DNA of 64,000 nucleotides, taken from positions 130,100-194,099 of the forward strand of contig CAIOPG010000007.1 in NCBI GenBank assembly GCA_903860135.1. The letters are read 5' to 3'. Positions 8,415 through 21,000 of the stretch are shown here, one piece after another (within the stretch, counting starts at the first letter, position 1; each line of letters opens with the position of its first letter). Made by a program: the position numbers and the translations under genes. Below the pieces are notes generated by a model. That model made no database searches. It was not told the origin of the DNA and saw only the letters and a list, made by a program, of their open reading frames with translations. The DNA comes from Candidatus Omnitrophota bacterium (GTDB lineage Bacteria; Omnitrophota; Gorgyraeia; Zapsychrales; Fredricksoniimonadaceae).

Positions 8415-9962
8415 ATGAGCGCGACACAAAAATCAATAATGGAAGAGCTTTATAACAGTACCTTGAAGACGTTTGCCGAAGGGCAGATCGTCCAGGGCAC
8501 GATCGTCGCCAAGAACAACAGCGAGGTCATCGTCGATATCGGCTTTAAGTCCGAGGGTTTTGTTCCTCTCGTCGAGTTCCGCAATCCCGCGGCGGTCGAT
8601 GTCGGCCAAAAGATCGATGTGCTCATTGAAAATATAGAAGACGAGGACGGCAAGCTGATCCTGTCCCATGGCAAGGCCGAAAAGATGAAGGGCTGGCAGA
8701 AGATCGCTGATGTCATCAACGAGGGCGATGTGGTCGACGGTCGGGTCATCCGGATCGTCAAGGGCGGTTATATCGCTGACATTCAGGGTGTTGAGGCGTT
8801 CTTGCCGATGTCCTTGTCGGCGTTCAAGGGCTTCCATTCCGACGATATCATGGCGCGCAGTTACAAGTTCATGGTCGCCAAGATGAACAAACAGCGCCGC
8901 AACCTTATCCTTTCCCGCCGTGAAGTTGTTCAGAAAGAACGCGAAGAGGGCCGTGAAGTCCTCTGGGCGAAGCTTGAAAAGGGTCAGCGCCGTACGGGCG
9001 TGGTCAAGGGGATCACGGATTTCGGTGCGTTCATCGACCTGGGCGGCGTCGACGGGTTGCTGCACATCACGGATATGAGCTGGTCGCGTATCAGCCATCC
9101 GTCAGAGATCGTCCGTCTGGGCGATCGCCTCGAGATCATCATCCTTGATTTCGACAAGGAAAACTCCAAGGTTTCGCTCGGCCTCAAGCAGATCACACGT
9201 AATCCTTGGGAAAGCGTTTATGACAAGTACCCTACGGGCACGATCGTGAAAGGTAAAGTTGTCAATATCATGCCTTACGGCGTGTTCGTCGAGATCGACA
9301 AGGGCATCGAAGGCCTTTTGCACGCCTCCGAGATCACCTGGCAGAAGAAAATGGTTAATCCCCAGGAAATGTTCACGGTCGGCCAGCAGGTCGATGTCCA
9401 GATCATTAATGTGGACAAAGATTCCAAGCGCATTTCGCTGAGCATGAAACAGCTAGAGGATAACCCGTGGCTCAAGGCTGAAGAGAACTTCCCGGTTAAT
9501 ACCCGCGTTAAGGGTACTGTGCGTGGTTTTGCCGATTATGGCGCGTTTGTTGAGTTGGAGCATGGTCTTGAGGGCATGATCCACGTTTCTGATATGTCCT
9601 GGACCCGCAAAGTCAATCATCCCCAGGAAGTCCTGCAGAAGGGCCAATCCGTTGATGTGGTGATTCTCGCTGTTGACGGCAAGAATCGCAAGATCACCTT
9701 GGGCCTCAAACAGCTTCAGCCGAATCCATGGGTTGGTATTGCCGCGAAGTTCCCGATAGATACGGTGGCCGATGCGGTGGTTATCATGAATTCCAACTTC
9801 GGCGTTTTCGTGAAGCTGGAAGATGATATAGAAGCGCTGATTTATTCCTCTGAAATTGACAAGGAAGAAGCCGTCAAGCTGAAGCCTGGCGACAAGGTCC
9901 GTGTCAAGATCATTAAGGTTGATGTTGAGCAGATGAAGATCGGCGTCAGCGCACGCGTCTAA
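8415..9962 (+). CDS. rpsA: 30S ribosomal protein S1
   Basis: Multiple S1 repeats (GxV..I..fGaFV..g..GLlH), 515 aa. Confidence 0.95.
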   Translation: MSATQKSIMEELYNSTLKTFAEGQIVQGTIVAKNNSEVIVDIGFKSEGFVPLVEFRNPAAVDVGQKIDVLIENIEDEDGKLILSHGKAEKMKGWQKIADVINEGDVVDGRVIRIVKGGYIADIQGVEAFLPMSLSAFKGFHSDDIMARSYKFMVAKMNKQRRNLILSRREVVQKEREEGREVLWAKLEKGQRRTGVVKGITDFGAFIDLGGVDGLLHITDMSWSRISHPSEIVRLGDRLEIIILDFDKENSKVSLGLKQITRNPWESVYDKYPTGTIVKGKVVNIMPYGVFVEIDKGIEGLLHASEITWQKKMVNPQEMFTVGQQVDVQIINVDKDSKRISLSMKQLEDNPWLKAEENFPVNTRVKGTVRGFADYGAFVELEHGLEGMIHVSDMSWTRKVNHPQEVLQKGQSVDVVILAVDGKNRKITLGLKQLQPNPWVGIAAKFPIDTVADAVVIMNSNFGVFVKLEDDIEALIYSSEIDKEEAVKLKPGDKVRVKIIKVDVEQMKIGVSARV

Positions 9963-9963
9963 A

Positions 9964-11154
9964 ATGAACATCAGCGACACTCTTGGGTTATTGACCCGCG
10001 GCACGACTGAGATCATCAATGCCGAGATGCTCGAGAAGAAGCTGTCAAAAAGTGCTAAAGAAGGCCGGCCACTGGTTGTTAAAGCCGGGTTTGATCCGAC
10101 GGCGCCGGATATTCACTTAGGTCATGTTGTTCTTTTAAAGAAGATGCGCCAGTTCCAGGATCTTGGGCATCGCGTGGTGTTTTTGATCGGTGATTTCACG
10201 GCCCAGGTGGGTGACCCCACAGGGCGCAATGAGCTCCGCCGCAAGATGTCACGTGAGGACGTTGAACGCAATGCCCTGACCTATAAGGAACAGGTGTTCA
10301 AGGTTCTTGACCCGCAAAAGACCGACGTGGTTTTTAACAGCCATTGGTTCGGGAGTTTTGGCGCGCGTGAGCTGATGGAGTTGACGGCGCATGCAACCGT
10401 GGCCCAAACCCTGGCTCGTGCGGACTTCAGGAAGCGCTTTGACGAGGGGCGTGAGATCAGTGTCCTTGAGTTTATTTACCCGCTCCTGCAGGGGTATGAC
10501 TCGGTGCATCTGCATGCGGATATTGAGTTGGGTGGTACGGATCAGAAGTTCAATCTTCTTATGGGACGTCAGATCCAGGCCGCTTATGGGCAGGAACAGC
10601 AGGTGGTCATCATGACGCCTCTGCTCGAAGGCCTTGACGGTGTCCAGAAGATGTCCAAGTCGTTGGGGAATTATATCGGCATCAACGAAGCGCCGCGCGA
10701 GATTTTCGGCAAGGTGATGTCGGTGAGCGATGTTTTGATGATAAGGTACTTCGAGCTATTGACCAACGAAGCCATTGAGGTCGTTCGTCAGGAGCATCCG
10801 AAGGAGGCAAAAATGAGGCTGGCCGGAGAAATAGTCCGCCAGTTCCATGGCGCCGACGCCGCCCGGGACGCACGTGCGCATTTTGAGAGCGTTTTTTCTC
10901 AAAAGCAGGTTCCGGACGATATCCAGGTGTACGCACTGCCCAGGCAGGATCGTGCCGTGGAGAACGGGCCAGAGAAGGTTCTTCTGGTTGACATCCTTGT
11001 AAGCGCGGGGTTTGTGCTTTCCCGCAATGAAGCGCGCCGGCTGATCAAGCAGGGCGCGGTATCGTTTGGCGGACAACCGGTGACCGATGAACACTGGTCC
11101 GTTGTCCGCGGCATACTTAAGGTGGGTAAGCGCCGTTTTCTAAAACTGGATTAA
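9964..11154 (+). CDS. tyrS: tyrosine--tRNA ligase
   Basis: HLGH (HIGH-type) and KMSKS motifs, C-terminal S4-like domain, 396 aa. Confidence 0.9.
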   Translation: MNISDTLGLLTRGTTEIINAEMLEKKLSKSAKEGRPLVVKAGFDPTAPDIHLGHVVLLKKMRQFQDLGHRVVFLIGDFTAQVGDPTGRNELRRKMSREDVERNALTYKEQVFKVLDPQKTDVVFNSHWFGSFGARELMELTAHATVAQTLARADFRKRFDEGREISVLEFIYPLLQGYDSVHLHADIELGGTDQKFNLLMGRQIQAAYGQEQQVVIMTPLLEGLDGVQKMSKSLGNYIGINEAPREIFGKVMSVSDVLMIRYFELLTNEAIEVVRQEHPKEAKMRLAGEIVRQFHGADAARDARAHFESVFSQKQVPDDIQVYALPRQDRAVENGPEKVLLVDILVSAGFVLSRNEARRLIKQGAVSFGGQPVTDEHWSVVRGILKVGKRRFLKLD

Positions 11155-11215
11155 CTCTTCACCGTCGGGAAATGTCTCCAGCCATCGTCATTTAAATATA
11201 TTCGTCTTTAAACGC

Positions 11216-11244
11216 TTGACAAAATCAAAAGGGTTGAGTATACT
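11216..11244 (+). promoter_or_regulatory. near-consensus sigma70 promoter TTGACA-17-TATACT upstream of tRNA-Thr
   Basis: TTGACA at 11216-11221, a 17-nt spacer, TATACT at 11239-11244, lying in a 167-nt intergenic region. Confidence 0.55.
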
Positions 11245-11321
11245 TTTGGTTCATTTATTCAGCACCCCATCGGCATGGCGCAATGGTTTAATGTTTCCGG
11301 TTTGATCAGGCAAGGATTTAT

Positions 11322-11397
<76 letters not shown>

Positions 11398-11469
11398 GTT
11401 ATTTCGTGCCCGCGAAAGGGCAGGTGCACAAGATCTAAAAGTTTTACTGACGCTACAGAGACAGGACTT

Positions 11470-11622
11470 ATGCGAGAGATCATTCATTTTCAGTGCACGG
11501 TTTGTCAGCGCATCAATTATTCCGGCATGAAGGACAAAAAGCAAAAACCTGAGCGTATCGAACTCAGCAAGTATTGCCGTTTTGACAAGAAGCATACGCC
11601 TCACAAAGAGATGAAGAAGTAA
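11470..11622 (+). CDS. rpmG: 50S ribosomal protein L33
   Basis: MREIIHFQCTVCQRINYSGMKDKK...HTPHKEMKK, 50 aa with a CxxC motif. Confidence 0.85.
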   Translation: MREIIHFQCTVCQRINYSGMKDKKQKPERIELSKYCRFDKKHTPHKEMKK

Positions 11623-11646
11623 TAAACAGCGGAACAGGTTAAATAT

Positions 11647-11720
11647 AGGCCAGTAGCTCCAACTGGTAGAGCGACGGTCTCCAAAACCGCAGGTTGCAGG
11701 TTCGAATCCTGCCTGGCCTG
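11647..11720 (+). tRNA. tRNA-Trp (anticodon CCA)
   Basis: AGGCCAG acceptor stem pairing with CTGGCCT, CTCCAAA anticodon loop, GGTTCGAATCC T-arm; the 3' CCA is not encoded. Confidence 0.9.
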
Positions 11721-11731
11721 TGAATATTATT

Positions 11732-11914
11732 ATGATGAAAATTAAAAATTTTTTAGAAGAAGTAATCGCAGAATTAAAAAAGGTTTCCTGGACTTCCCGT
11801 AAGGATTTGATCAACGCCACGTGGATTGTGTTGATCAGTTCCATTTGTTTTGGGATGTTCATTACATCGATTGATCTCCTTCTTTCCAGAGGGATGAGCA
11901 GTCTCATCAGATAG
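11732..11914 (+). CDS. secE: preprotein translocase subunit SecE
   Basis: 60-aa single-TM protein immediately upstream of nusG. The track start at GTG 11720 overlaps the tRNA, so ATG 11732 is preferred. Confidence 0.8.
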   Translation: MMKIKNFLEEVIAELKKVSWTSRKDLINATWIVLISSICFGMFITSIDLLLSRGMSSLIR

Positions 11915-11920
11915 GTTGTC

Positions 11921-12445
11921 ATGGATTGGTACGTCATTCACACACAGACAGGCGCTGAAGAGCGCGCGAAAGCCGGCATTGATCGCCGTATAGAAACAAC
12001 AGCTCTTAAGACTTTTGTTGAAGAGATTGTTGTACCGACGGAACAGGTCTCCGAGGTTCGCGGCGGCAAAAAGAGGATCACCACACGTAAATTCTTTCCC
12101 GGCTATATTCTTATCAAGATGAATATGACCAAGGAGAGTTGGTATCTTATTAAGACAACGCCGGGTGTAACAAGTTTTATTGGTCCTGGACGTCAGCCCC
12201 AGAAACTTTCTGAAGAAGAAGTTAACACTATTCTTAAAAGAACAGTTGAAACTGAATCTAAGCCGTCTCCTAAGGTTGTTTTTGACATAAATGAGCCCAT
12301 CCGTATCAATCAGGGACCGTTTGCCAATTTTAATGGGTCTGTTACAGAAGTATATCCTGACCGCGGGAAGCTCAAGGTTAGTGTCCCGGTTTTTGGGCGT
12401 TCTACCCTTGTTGAGCTTGAATACTGGCAGGTCGAGAAAATCTAA
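11921..12445 (+). CDS. nusG: transcription termination/antitermination factor NusG
   Basis: NGN plus KOW domains (WYVIHT...FPGYILIKM; C-terminal GPFANFNGSV). Confidence 0.95.
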   Translation: MDWYVIHTQTGAEERAKAGIDRRIETTALKTFVEEIVVPTEQVSEVRGGKKRITTRKFFPGYILIKMNMTKESWYLIKTTPGVTSFIGPGRQPQKLSEEEVNTILKRTVETESKPSPKVVFDINEPIRINQGPFANFNGSVTEVYPDRGKLKVSVPVFGRSTLVELEYWQVEKI

Positions 12446-12466
12446 CAATTACGATCAGGTAAAAAT

Positions 12467-12892
12467 ATGGCAAAAGAACAAATAGCAAAAGTAAATTTAT
12501 ACGTTCCTGCGGGTCTAGCTAATCCGGCACCGCCGGTAGGACCAGCGTTGGGGCAGCACGGTGTGAACATCATGGATTTTTGTAAAAAATTCAATGAACA
12601 GACCAAGGGCAGAGACCCTATGCCGCTGCCTGTTATCATTAATATTTATAAAGATAAGTCTTTCGATTTTATTATCAAAACACCACCGAGTTCTGCCCTT
12701 TTGAAGAAATCAGCAAAAGTAGCTAAGGCATCAGGCGAGGCAGGCAAACAGACCATCGCAACGTTAACACGTGCCCAGGTTGAAGAAATTGCCAAGATAA
12801 AGATGGATGACTTAAATACCGCTGATATGCAGCAGGCGATTCGCGTGATCACCGGAACTGCCAGAAGCATGGGCATTGCGATAAAGGATTAA
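12467..12892 (+). CDS. rplK: 50S ribosomal protein L11
   Basis: PAGLANPAPPVGPALGQHGVNIM motif. Confidence 0.95.
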   Translation: MAKEQIAKVNLYVPAGLANPAPPVGPALGQHGVNIMDFCKKFNEQTKGRDPMPLPVIINIYKDKSFDFIIKTPPSSALLKKSAKVAKASGEAGKQTIATLTRAQVEEIAKIKMDDLNTADMQQAIRVITGTARSMGIAIKD

Positions 12893-12897
12893 TTGAT

Positions 12898-13581
12898 ATG
12901 ACCACAAAAGTCAGCAAACGTGTTAAAACAGCTAAAACTCAGGTAGACGCCGTGCGCGTTTACACTCTTAAAGATGCTGTAGCCCTTCTTCAGAAGGCAC
13001 CCCCAGTGAAATTTGACGAGAGTTATGAATTGCATTTTAATTTAAATATCAATCTAAAAGCTTCTGACCAGAATGTGCGCGGTACTGTTGTACTGCCGCA
13101 TGGTACGGGTAAAACGCTGCGTGTCGCTGTCATTTGTCAGGGCGAGAACGTTAACAAAGCTTTGGAAGCAGGCGCCGATTTTGCCGGGAGCCAGGATTTA
13201 ATTGAAAAAATTGACAAAGGATTTCTGGATTTCGATTGCCTCATCGCAACTCCAGATATGATGAGAGACTTAAGTAAGCTCGGTAAGGTTCTCGGGCCGC
13301 GTGGTCTTATGCCTAGTCCCAAGGCTGGCACTGTTACTGCAGATGTTGCACGCGCACTTAAGGAAGTAAAAGCTGGTCGTGTTGAATTCAAGAATGATAA
13401 GCAGGGTGGCATTCACCTGGGAATCGGCAAACGTTCTTTCAGCGAACAGAAACTTAGTGAAAATGCACAGTACATTATTGAAGCGGTTGATCATGCTAAA
13501 CCTTCTTCAGTTAAAGGCATTTTCATCAAGAGCATTTATCTGTCCACAACCATGGGTCCGGGGGTGAGGGTATCGCTATGA
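12898..13581 (+). CDS. rplA: 50S ribosomal protein L1
   Basis: Homology and position in the conserved order. Confidence 0.95.
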   Translation: MTTKVSKRVKTAKTQVDAVRVYTLKDAVALLQKAPPVKFDESYELHFNLNINLKASDQNVRGTVVLPHGTGKTLRVAVICQGENVNKALEAGADFAGSQDLIEKIDKGFLDFDCLIATPDMMRDLSKLGKVLGPRGLMPSPKAGTVTADVARALKEVKAGRVEFKNDKQGGIHLGIGKRSFSEQKLSENAQYIIEAVDHAKPSSVKGIFIKSIYLSTTMGPGVRVSL

Positions 13582-14108
13582 TGAAGGTTGGAAAAGTTTA
13601 TAGAGAAAATATTACCAAGATACTGCGCAATGGTATTGAAAAACAAGAAAATGTGTTCGTTGTTAATTTTATAAACACACCTTCTAGTGTTATTTGTACT
13701 CTTCGTAAAGTTCTTCAACAGAAAAAAGCAAAGGTTTTCCTTTCACGCAATTCTCTCGCGCGTGTAGCGATCAAGGGAACATTACTTGCGAGCATTACTG
13801 AAAAGATAGAAGGACAAACACTTTTCATCTGGACTAATGCTGACCCTGTTGAAATATCTAAGATACTTATCAAGCTCACAGAAAAAAATCAAAATTTCGC
13901 CATTCGTGGCGGTGTGGTAAATAGTCAGTTGCTTGGCAAAGACGATGTCAAACGTCTTTCTGACCTGCCGGCTAAGGAAGTTCTTGTGGCGCAGTTGTTG
14001 GGTACTTTACAGTCGCCGATGACACGTCTTGCCAGAACTTTAAACGGGAAAACAGTCGAATTGCTTTCGATCTTGAAACAAATAAGTGAAAAAAGGGGAG
14101 GTAACTGA
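13578..14108 (+). CDS. rplJ: 50S ribosomal protein L10
   Basis: ATGA overlap with rplA; sits in the conserved L10-L7/L12 position. Confidence 0.9.
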   Translation: MMKVGKVYRENITKILRNGIEKQENVFVVNFINTPSSVICTLRKVLQQKKAKVFLSRNSLARVAIKGTLLASITEKIEGQTLFIWTNADPVEISKILIKLTEKNQNFAIRGGVVNSQLLGKDDVKRLSDLPAKEVLVAQLLGTLQSPMTRLARTLNGKTVELLSILKQISEKRGGN

Positions 14109-14110
14109 TC

Positions 14111-14509
14111 ATGTCTGAAAACACTCTTTCTCCGAAGCTCGCTGAGCTCGTGAAGTCTATTGAGGTCCTGACGGCTCTAGAGTTGTCGGATCTTGTTAAG
14201 GCTCTTGAGATCAAGTTCGGCGTCACGGCGTCTGCGCCGATGATGATGGCCGGTGCGGTCGCGGGCGGAGCGGCAGCAGCAGCTCCAGTGGAAGTTCAAA
14301 CATCCTTTACGGTTGTTTTGAAAGAAGCTGGTGCCAATAAGATCAACGTTATTAAAGAAGTGCGTGCCATCACGAATCTTGGTCTCAAAGAAGCCAAGGA
14401 TCTTGTAGAAGGTGCTCCGAAGAACGTCAAAGAAGACGTAACCAAGGAAGAAGCCGAAGATCTTAAGAAGAAGCTCGAGGCAGCTGGCGCGAAGGTTGAA
14501 CTTAAGTAA
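14111..14509 (+). CDS. rplL: 50S ribosomal protein L7/L12
   Basis: Ala-rich hinge and a C-terminal [12 protein letters not shown]...[12 protein letters not shown] segment. Confidence 0.95.
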   Translation: MSENTLSPKLAELVKSIEVLTALELSDLVKALEIKFGVTASAPMMMAGAVAGGAAAAAPVEVQTSFTVVLKEAGANKINVIKEVRAITNLGLKEAKDLVEGAPKNVKEDVTKEEAEDLKKKLEAAGAKVELK

Positions 14510-14553
14510 TTTAAGAATCATCCGACGTCTTTCATAGCTTAAGCCGTTCCTTG

Positions 14554-14575
14554 TCCCGCCCCTTCAGGGGGCGGG
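14554..14575 (+). terminator. GC-rich hairpin between rplL and rpoB, likely an attenuator or partial terminator
   Basis: TCCCGCCCC-TTCA-GGGGCGGGA is a 9-bp perfect stem, but the downstream T-tract is poor. Confidence 0.45.
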
Positions 14576-14606
14576 ATTAACACTTAACAGAAAATTCTGT
14601 AAAGAT

Positions 14607-17600
14607 ATGGCTAAATTGAACATCAGAGAGTTCTGCAAGTTTCACGATGCCTTCGAACTACCGTCATTGCTCGATATCCAGGTCAAGTCTTATGAGAGCT
14701 TCCTCCAGCGAGAGGCTGATTCTAATAAGCGCCAGGATCAGGGGCTTGAAGAAGTTTTTCGGGAGGTTTTTCCTCTTGAAAGTTATGACGGACAGATCCG
14801 TTTAGAATATATTACTTATTCTCTCGGTAAAGAAAAGTATTCACGCCAGGAATGCCAGCGGCGTGGTATGACGTATGCATCGCCGCTTAAAGTAAAACTG
14901 CGCCTTATAACGCCCGTCGATATCAAGGAGCAGGAAGTTTATTTTGGCGATTTTCCATTGATGACGGCCACAGGAACTTTCATTATCAATGGTGATGAAC
15001 GTGTTGTGGTTTCTCAGATCCAGCGTCCGCCGGGTGTTTCCTTTGAGGCGGAGCTTCATCCGACGGGTAAAACGATTTACTATGGTCGCATTATCCCGGC
15101 ACGCGGAGCTTGGTTCGAGGTCAAATATGATCTCAATGACGTTTTGCTAGCGTATATTGATCGTCGTCGTAATTTTCCTGCGACACAGATCCTGCGCATC
15201 ATGGGTTTGACGACGCGTGAAAATATGGAGCAGATCTTCGGCGCTGAATTTGGAAAATTAGCCGCGACGATGGAGAAAGACCATACAGAGTCAAAAGAAG
15301 ATGCCCTTCTTGATTTTTATCGCAAAATGCGACCCACTGAGCCGGCAACGGTCGAAGTGGCAGAGGCTCTTTTTTATCGTTTGTTTTTTGATCCCAAGCG
15401 CTATGACCTTTCCAAGGTTGGACGCCATATTGTCAATCGCAAGTTAAAGTTGAACGTTCCTCTGGATAATAGGGTGCTTGATATCACGACTGTTGTTGCG
15501 TCGATGAAGTATTTATTCGAACTCCGCGAGGGTAGAGGCGATACGGATGATATTGATCATTTGGGTAATCGCCGTATTAAATCTGTTGGTGAGTTGATCC
15601 AGAATCAAGTGCGTATTGGTTTGGCTCGTCTGGAACGTTCGATTAAAGAACGTTTGGTCGTCATGAGCAACTACGAGAATCTCACAGCGCATCACCTTAT
15701 TAATTCGCGTTTATTTTCGAATCAGATTCAGGACTTTTTTGCCCGCAGTCAGCTTTCGCAGTTTGCTGATCAGGTTAATCCTATTGCTGAAATGACGCAT
15801 AAACGGCGTCTGTCGGCACTTGGTCCTGGCGGTCTTTCGCGTGAACGCGCCGGGTTTGAAGTGCGCGATGTGCATCCTACGCATTATGGACGTGTTTGTC
15901 CTATTGAAACACCTGAAGGTCCGAACATTGGTCTTATTTCTTCACTCACAACGTGTGCGCGTATCAATGATCTCGGATTTATTGAAACACCGTATCGCCT
16001 TGTCGAGAACGGCAAAGTTTCTCGCAAATTTGAGTATTTCACAGCTGATGTAGACCAAGACAAGCATATCGCACAGGTGAATACACCTCTTGATAAAGAT
16101 GGCGTAATTCTCTCTAAAGATGTTTCTTGCCGTTATAAAACTGACTTTCCCAAGGTTAATCCTAAGAAAGTTGAATTGATGGATGTTTCACCTAAACAGC
16201 TGGTATCTGTGGCAACATCCATGATTCCTTTCTTGGAGCATGATGACGCTAATCGTGCCCTGATGGGTTCTAATATGCAACGTCAGGCTGTCCCGTTGAT
16301 GATCACAGAAGTTCCTTTTGTAGGAACCGGGATGGAAGAGAAAGTTGCGCGCGATTCGGGTGCTGTGATTGTTTCGCAACATGCCGGGACTGTCACCAAG
16401 ATTGATGCCAGTGAGATCACAATAAACAATGAACATGTTTATTCCTTGAGAATTTACCAGCGTTCTAATGCTAACACCTGTGTCCATCAGACCCCACTTG
16501 TGAAGTTGGGCGAGAAGATTGCCAAAGGTCAGATCATTGCTGACGGCATGGCGACTAAAGATGGTCGTATTGCCCTCGGACGCAATGTTACGGTGGCATT
16601 CATGCCTTGGCGCGGGTATAATTTTGAAGACGCGATTTTGATCAATGAACGTGCTGTGCGTGAAGATAAATTTACGTCTATTCATATTGAACGTTTTGAA
16701 TGTGAATGTCGCGAGACAAGATTGGGTAACGAAGAGATTACACGTGATATTCCTAATGTGGGTGAAGATGCCCTTAAGGATCTTACGGTAGACGGTATTG
16801 TACGTGTTGGTGCTGATGTTAAAGCCGGCGACATATTAGTCGGTAAAGTTACACCCAAGAGTGAAAAAGAACTTTCTCCTGAAGAGCGTTTGTTGCGCGC
16901 CATCTTTGGTGAAAAAGCAGCAGATGTGCGTGACACATCGCTTACACTTTCACCAGGGATAACGGGTGTTATTGTCAATGTAGAAGTTTTTCAGCGCAAC
17001 GAGCGTGGGCGTAAGACAAAAGCTGACAAGATGAAAGAATCGTCTGATGTTGAAAAGATCCATGAATATTACGCTCAGGAAGCTGGATTTGCTTTAGAGG
17101 AAAAGAATAAGAAATTGTCAGTCATTCTTGGTCTTGATGTGAAGAAGGTAGGGCTATTGACTGTTGAGGATTTGGAAGAAGATAGTGAAGGGCGTGAAGT
17201 TATTGCCATTTATAATGAGAGGTTAAGTGAGTTACACGAGGAAGAAGAACGTGAAGTCGATCGTTTGAAAAAAGGTGATGAGTTGCCTGCCGGAGTGCTC
17301 AAACGTGTTGTTGTTTATGTGGCGACAAAACGCAAACTATCCGTTGGCGATAAAATGGCCGGAAGACACGGCAACAAAGGTATCGTTTCGCGTATTCTGC
17401 CTGAAGAAGATATGCCTTTCCTTGAATCAGGAAAAGCAGTTGATATTGTTTTGAATCCGTTGGGTGTTCCTTCACGTATGAACGTTGGTCAGTTGCTTGA
17501 AACGCATCTTGGCTGGGCAGCGTATGCCTTGGGTCTTCATATTGAAACCCCCGTATTTAACGGTGCCACGGAAGACGAAATCTGTAGTCTTTTGCGTGAA

Positions 17601-18059
17601 GCCAAATTACCCGAAGATGGTAAAACGGTTGTTCTTGACGGTTTTACAGGACAGCCTTTCGATCAAAAGGTTACAGTTGGATCTATTTATATGATCAAAC
17701 TAAATCACCTTGTTGATGAAAAAATACATGCGCGCTCAATCGGACCGTATTCGTTGGTTACACAGCAACCTTTGGGTGGTAAAGCTCATTTTGGTGGTCA
17801 GCGTTTCGGTGAAATGGAAGTTTGGGCACTTGAGGCTTATGGTGCTGCCTTTACGCTTCAGGAAATGTTGACTGTAAAGTCTGATGACGTTCTTGGCCGT
17901 AGCCGTATTTATGAGTCTATTGTCAAGGGTGAACATAAGTTGACGCCCGGCACACCGGAATCATTCAATGTTCTGGTTAAAGAGTTGCAGGGATTATGTT
18001 TAGATATCCGCCTTGAGAGAGCCGAAGGCGCAACCGAAGAGGGTGAGAAGAAGGAATGA
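14607..18059 (+). CDS. rpoB: DNA-directed RNA polymerase subunit beta
   Basis: 1150 aa containing the conserved [21 protein letters not shown] and [18 protein letters not shown] motifs. Confidence 0.97.
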   Translation: MAKLNIREFCKFHDAFELPSLLDIQVKSYESFLQREADSNKRQDQGLEEVFREVFPLESYDGQIRLEYITYSLGKEKYSRQECQRRGMTYASPLKVKLRLITPVDIKEQEVYFGDFPLMTATGTFIINGDERVVVSQIQRPPGVSFEAELHPTGKTIYYGRIIPARGAWFEVKYDLNDVLLAYIDRRRNFPATQILRIMGLTTRENMEQIFGAEFGKLAATMEKDHTESKEDALLDFYRKMRPTEPATVEVAEALFYRLFFDPKRYDLSKVGRHIVNRKLKLNVPLDNRVLDITTVVASMKYLFELREGRGDTDDIDHLGNRRIKSVGELIQNQVRIGLARLERSIKERLVVMSNYENLTAHHLINSRLFSNQIQDFFARSQLSQFADQVNPIAEMTHKRRLSALGPGGLSRERAGFEVRDVHPTHYGRVCPIETPEGPNIGLISSLTTCARINDLGFIETPYRLVENGKVSRKFEYFTADVDQDKHIAQVNTPLDKDGVILSKDVSCRYKTDFPKVNPKKVELMDVSPKQLVSVATSMIPFLEHDDANRALMGSNMQRQAVPLMITEVPFVGTGMEEKVARDSGAVIVSQHAGTVTKIDASEITINNEHVYSLRIYQRSNANTCVHQTPLVKLGEKIAKGQIIADGMATKDGRIALGRNVTVAFMPWRGYNFEDAILINERAVREDKFTSIHIERFECECRETRLGNEEITRDIPNVGEDALKDLTVDGIVRVGADVKAGDILVGKVTPKSEKELSPEERLLRAIFGEKAADVRDTSLTLSPGITGVIVNVEVFQRNERGRKTKADKMKESSDVEKIHEYYAQEAGFALEEKNKKLSVILGLDVKKVGLLTVEDLEEDSEGREVIAIYNERLSELHEEEEREVDRLKKGDELPAGVLKRVVVYVATKRKLSVGDKMAGRHGNKGIVSRILPEEDMPFLESGKAVDIVLNPLGVPSRMNVGQLLETHLGWAAYALGLHIETPVFNGATEDEICSLLREAKLPEDGKTVVLDGFTGQPFDQKVTVGSIYMIKLNHLVDEKIHARSIGPYSLVTQQPLGGKAHFGGQRFGEMEVWALEAYGAAFTLQEMLTVKSDDVLGRSRIYESIVKGEHKLTPGTPESFNVLVKELQGLCLDIRLERAEGATEEGEKKE

Positions 18060-21000
18060 AGACCGAAATCAATATTAAGAATCAGGATCGGATCTCCATC
18101 AAGATCGCTTCCCCTGAGGTGATCAGGTCATGGTCTAACGGACCGGTACGTAAAGCAGAAACGCTTAATTACCGGACGCTGAAACCTGAGAAGGATGGGC
18201 TATTTTGCGAACGCATTTTCGGACCTGTTCGGGACTGGGAATGTAACTGCGGAAAGTATAAAGGTATAAAGTTTAAGGGAATTACCTGTGATCGTTGCGG
18301 TGTTCTTGTAACACGTTCTTCTGTCCGTCGTGAGCGTATGGGTCATATTGACTTAGCCTGCGCGGTTACACATATTTGGTTTTACAAGGCTGTGCCAAGT
18401 CGCTTGGCGGCTCTCCTGCAAATAGGGTTGCGTGATCTAGAGAAAATAATCTACTACGAAGAGTATGTGGTTATTGACCCCGGGACTACGCCGCTCAAGA
18501 AAAAAGATCTTTTATCAGAAGATAAATTTCAGGATGCTATTTCAAAGTTCGGCGGTAATTTTAAAGCGAAAATTGGTGCAGATGCTGTGCGTGAACTTTT
18601 ACGCGAAACAGATCTTGTCAAACTTTCAAAGGATTTACGCAAAGCACTCGAAAAATCCAATCCCGCAGGCACTAATTTTAAGAAGATATCCAAGACCCTT
18701 AAAATTGTCGAAGATTTCAAAGTGTCGGGGAATCTTGCTGAGTGGATGGTATTGGATGTTCTTCCTGTGATTCCTCCGGATCTGAGACCGCTTGTTCCTC
18801 TGGAAGGCGGACGTTTTGCGACATCTGATCTTAATGACCTTTATCGTCGCGTCATTAATCGTAATAATCGTTTAAAAAAGCTCATTGATCTTAATGCACC
18901 TGAAATCATTGTCCGTAATGAAAAGCGCATGCTTCAGGAAGCGGTAGATGCCCTGCTTGACAATGGTCGACATGGTCGACCTGTATTAGGTTCTGGCAAT
19001 CGTCCTTTGAAGTCTTTATCTGATATGCTCAAAGGTAAGCAGGGTCGCTTCCGCATGAATTTGCTCGGTAAGCGCGTCGACTATTCAGGCAGGTCTGTTA
19101 TTGTTGTTGGACCTGAGTTGAGTCTGCATCAATGTGGCTTACCGAAAAAAATGGCGTTGGAATTGTTCGAGCCTTTCATTATCCGTAAATTACGTGAACG
19201 TGGTTTTGTGCACACCATCAAGGGTGCCAAGCGGATGGTCGAACGCGCTAATGTGGAAGTGTGGGATATTTTGGATGAGGTCATTAAAGATCATCCCATT
19301 ATGCTCAATCGTGCGCCTACATTGCACCGTCTTTCGATTCAAGCTTTTCAGCCTGTTCTTATTGAGGGTAAGGCTATTACGCTCCATCCTCTTGTATGTA
19401 CTGCGTTCAACGCTGATTTTGACGGCGATCAAATGGCTGTGCATATTCCATTATCTCTCGAAGCACAAACCGAGTGTCGCCTTCAGCTGTTATCGGTGAA
19501 TAATCTTTTTTCACCAGCTGATGGTCGTCCTATTGTTTCTCCGACGCAGGATATCGTCCTGGGTTTATATTATTTGACCAAAGAAAGAGCCGGATCTAAG
19601 GGCGAAGACAAGTTGTTTGCCAATCGCCGTGAGGTTTTAGTGGCATATAACGATGGTTTGCTTGAGGTTCATTCGCGCGTACGTGTGCGTATTAACATCC
19701 TCGTATGGGGTGATGACAATACTTCAACAGTGATTAGTACACATGCAGGAACCGAAAAAGCAGTCAAGATTGAGACGGCAAATACGGTGCGTGTTATTGA
19801 GACAACTGTTGGGCGTGTTATATTCAATGAACAAATTCATCCGGCTATGGGGTTTGTTAATGTCCTTCTTGACAAAAAGAAACTTGGTGCTGTTATCGCT
19901 GATTGTTACAAAAAACTCGGTCATTATGAAACTGTGAAATTGCTCGACCGTGTTAAAGGCCTTGGTTTTCGTTCAGCTACTGACGCGGGTATATCTATTT
20001 CCATGTCAGATCTTACAGTGCCTAAAGAAAAAGAAATCACATTGAATAGTGCCAAGCAGGAAGTTGCCAAGGTAGAAGACCAGTACCACAAAGGTGTTAT
20101 TACTGGACGCGAGCGTTATAACAAGATCATTGACGTTTGGACGCACACCACAGAAACCATTTCTGACATGGTTTTTAAGAAGATGGATGCTTTTAACCCT
20201 GTATTTATTATGGCTGATTCAGGCGCGCGTGGTTCCAAACTGCAAATTCGTCAGCTTTCCGGTATGCGTGGTCTTATGGCCAAGCCTTCTGGTGAAATTA
20301 TTGAGAACCCTATTACAGCGAGTTTTCGTGAAGGTTTAACGGTTTTGGAATATTTTATTTCTACTCACGGTGCCCGTAAAGGTTTGGCCGACACCGCACT
20401 AAAGACAGCCGATGCCGGTTATTTGACACGCAGGCTGGTCGACGTTGCTCAAGAGATCGTTGTATCTGTAGATGATTGTGCGACCATCAACGGTATCGCG
20501 GTATCTGCTATCATTGAAGGTGATGAAGTTGTTGTTCCGTTGAAGGAGCGCATCATTGGCCGTGTAGCTCTTGATAGTATTGTTGACATTGTAACGGATC
20601 AGAGAGTTGTGTTGGCAGGTGAGATAATCAGTGAGGAAAAAGCTTCATTGATCGAGCAACTGGGAATTGAAAAGGTGCGTATCCGTAGTGCGCTCACATG
20701 TGAAGCTGATATTGGTGTGTGTGCCAAGTGCTATGGTCGCAATCTAGCAACACACCGCTTGGTTGAGCTTGGTGAAGCTGTCGGTATCATTGCAGCCCAG
20801 TCGATCGGCGAGCCAGGCACGCAGTTGACGATGAGAACATTCCACATTGGTGGAACAGCTAGCCGTACTGTCGAACAGTCGTTCTATCGTTCCAAGAATA
20901 AGGGTGAGCTAAAGTACCATCAGCTGCGCGTTGTTCAAAAAGGCAATGAGTATATTGTGTTGAATCGCAACGGTTCCGTATCCATCAATAATGAGTATGG

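Noticed and set aside
8433-9098. 221-aa minus-strand ORF
   Set aside because: Antisense to rpsA; an Asp/Glu-rich artefact of reading the S1 repeats in reverse.
11262-11321. Possible second tRNA upstream of tRNA-Thr (GCGCAATGGTT D-arm-like stretch)
   Set aside because: I could not build a complete cloverleaf with an acceptor stem, anticodon arm and T-arm. It is probably a 5' leader or a degenerate remnant, and is mentioned only in a finding.
11774-12448. 224-aa minus-strand ORF
   Set aside because: Antisense to nusG and secE, which are conserved and occupy their canonical operon position.
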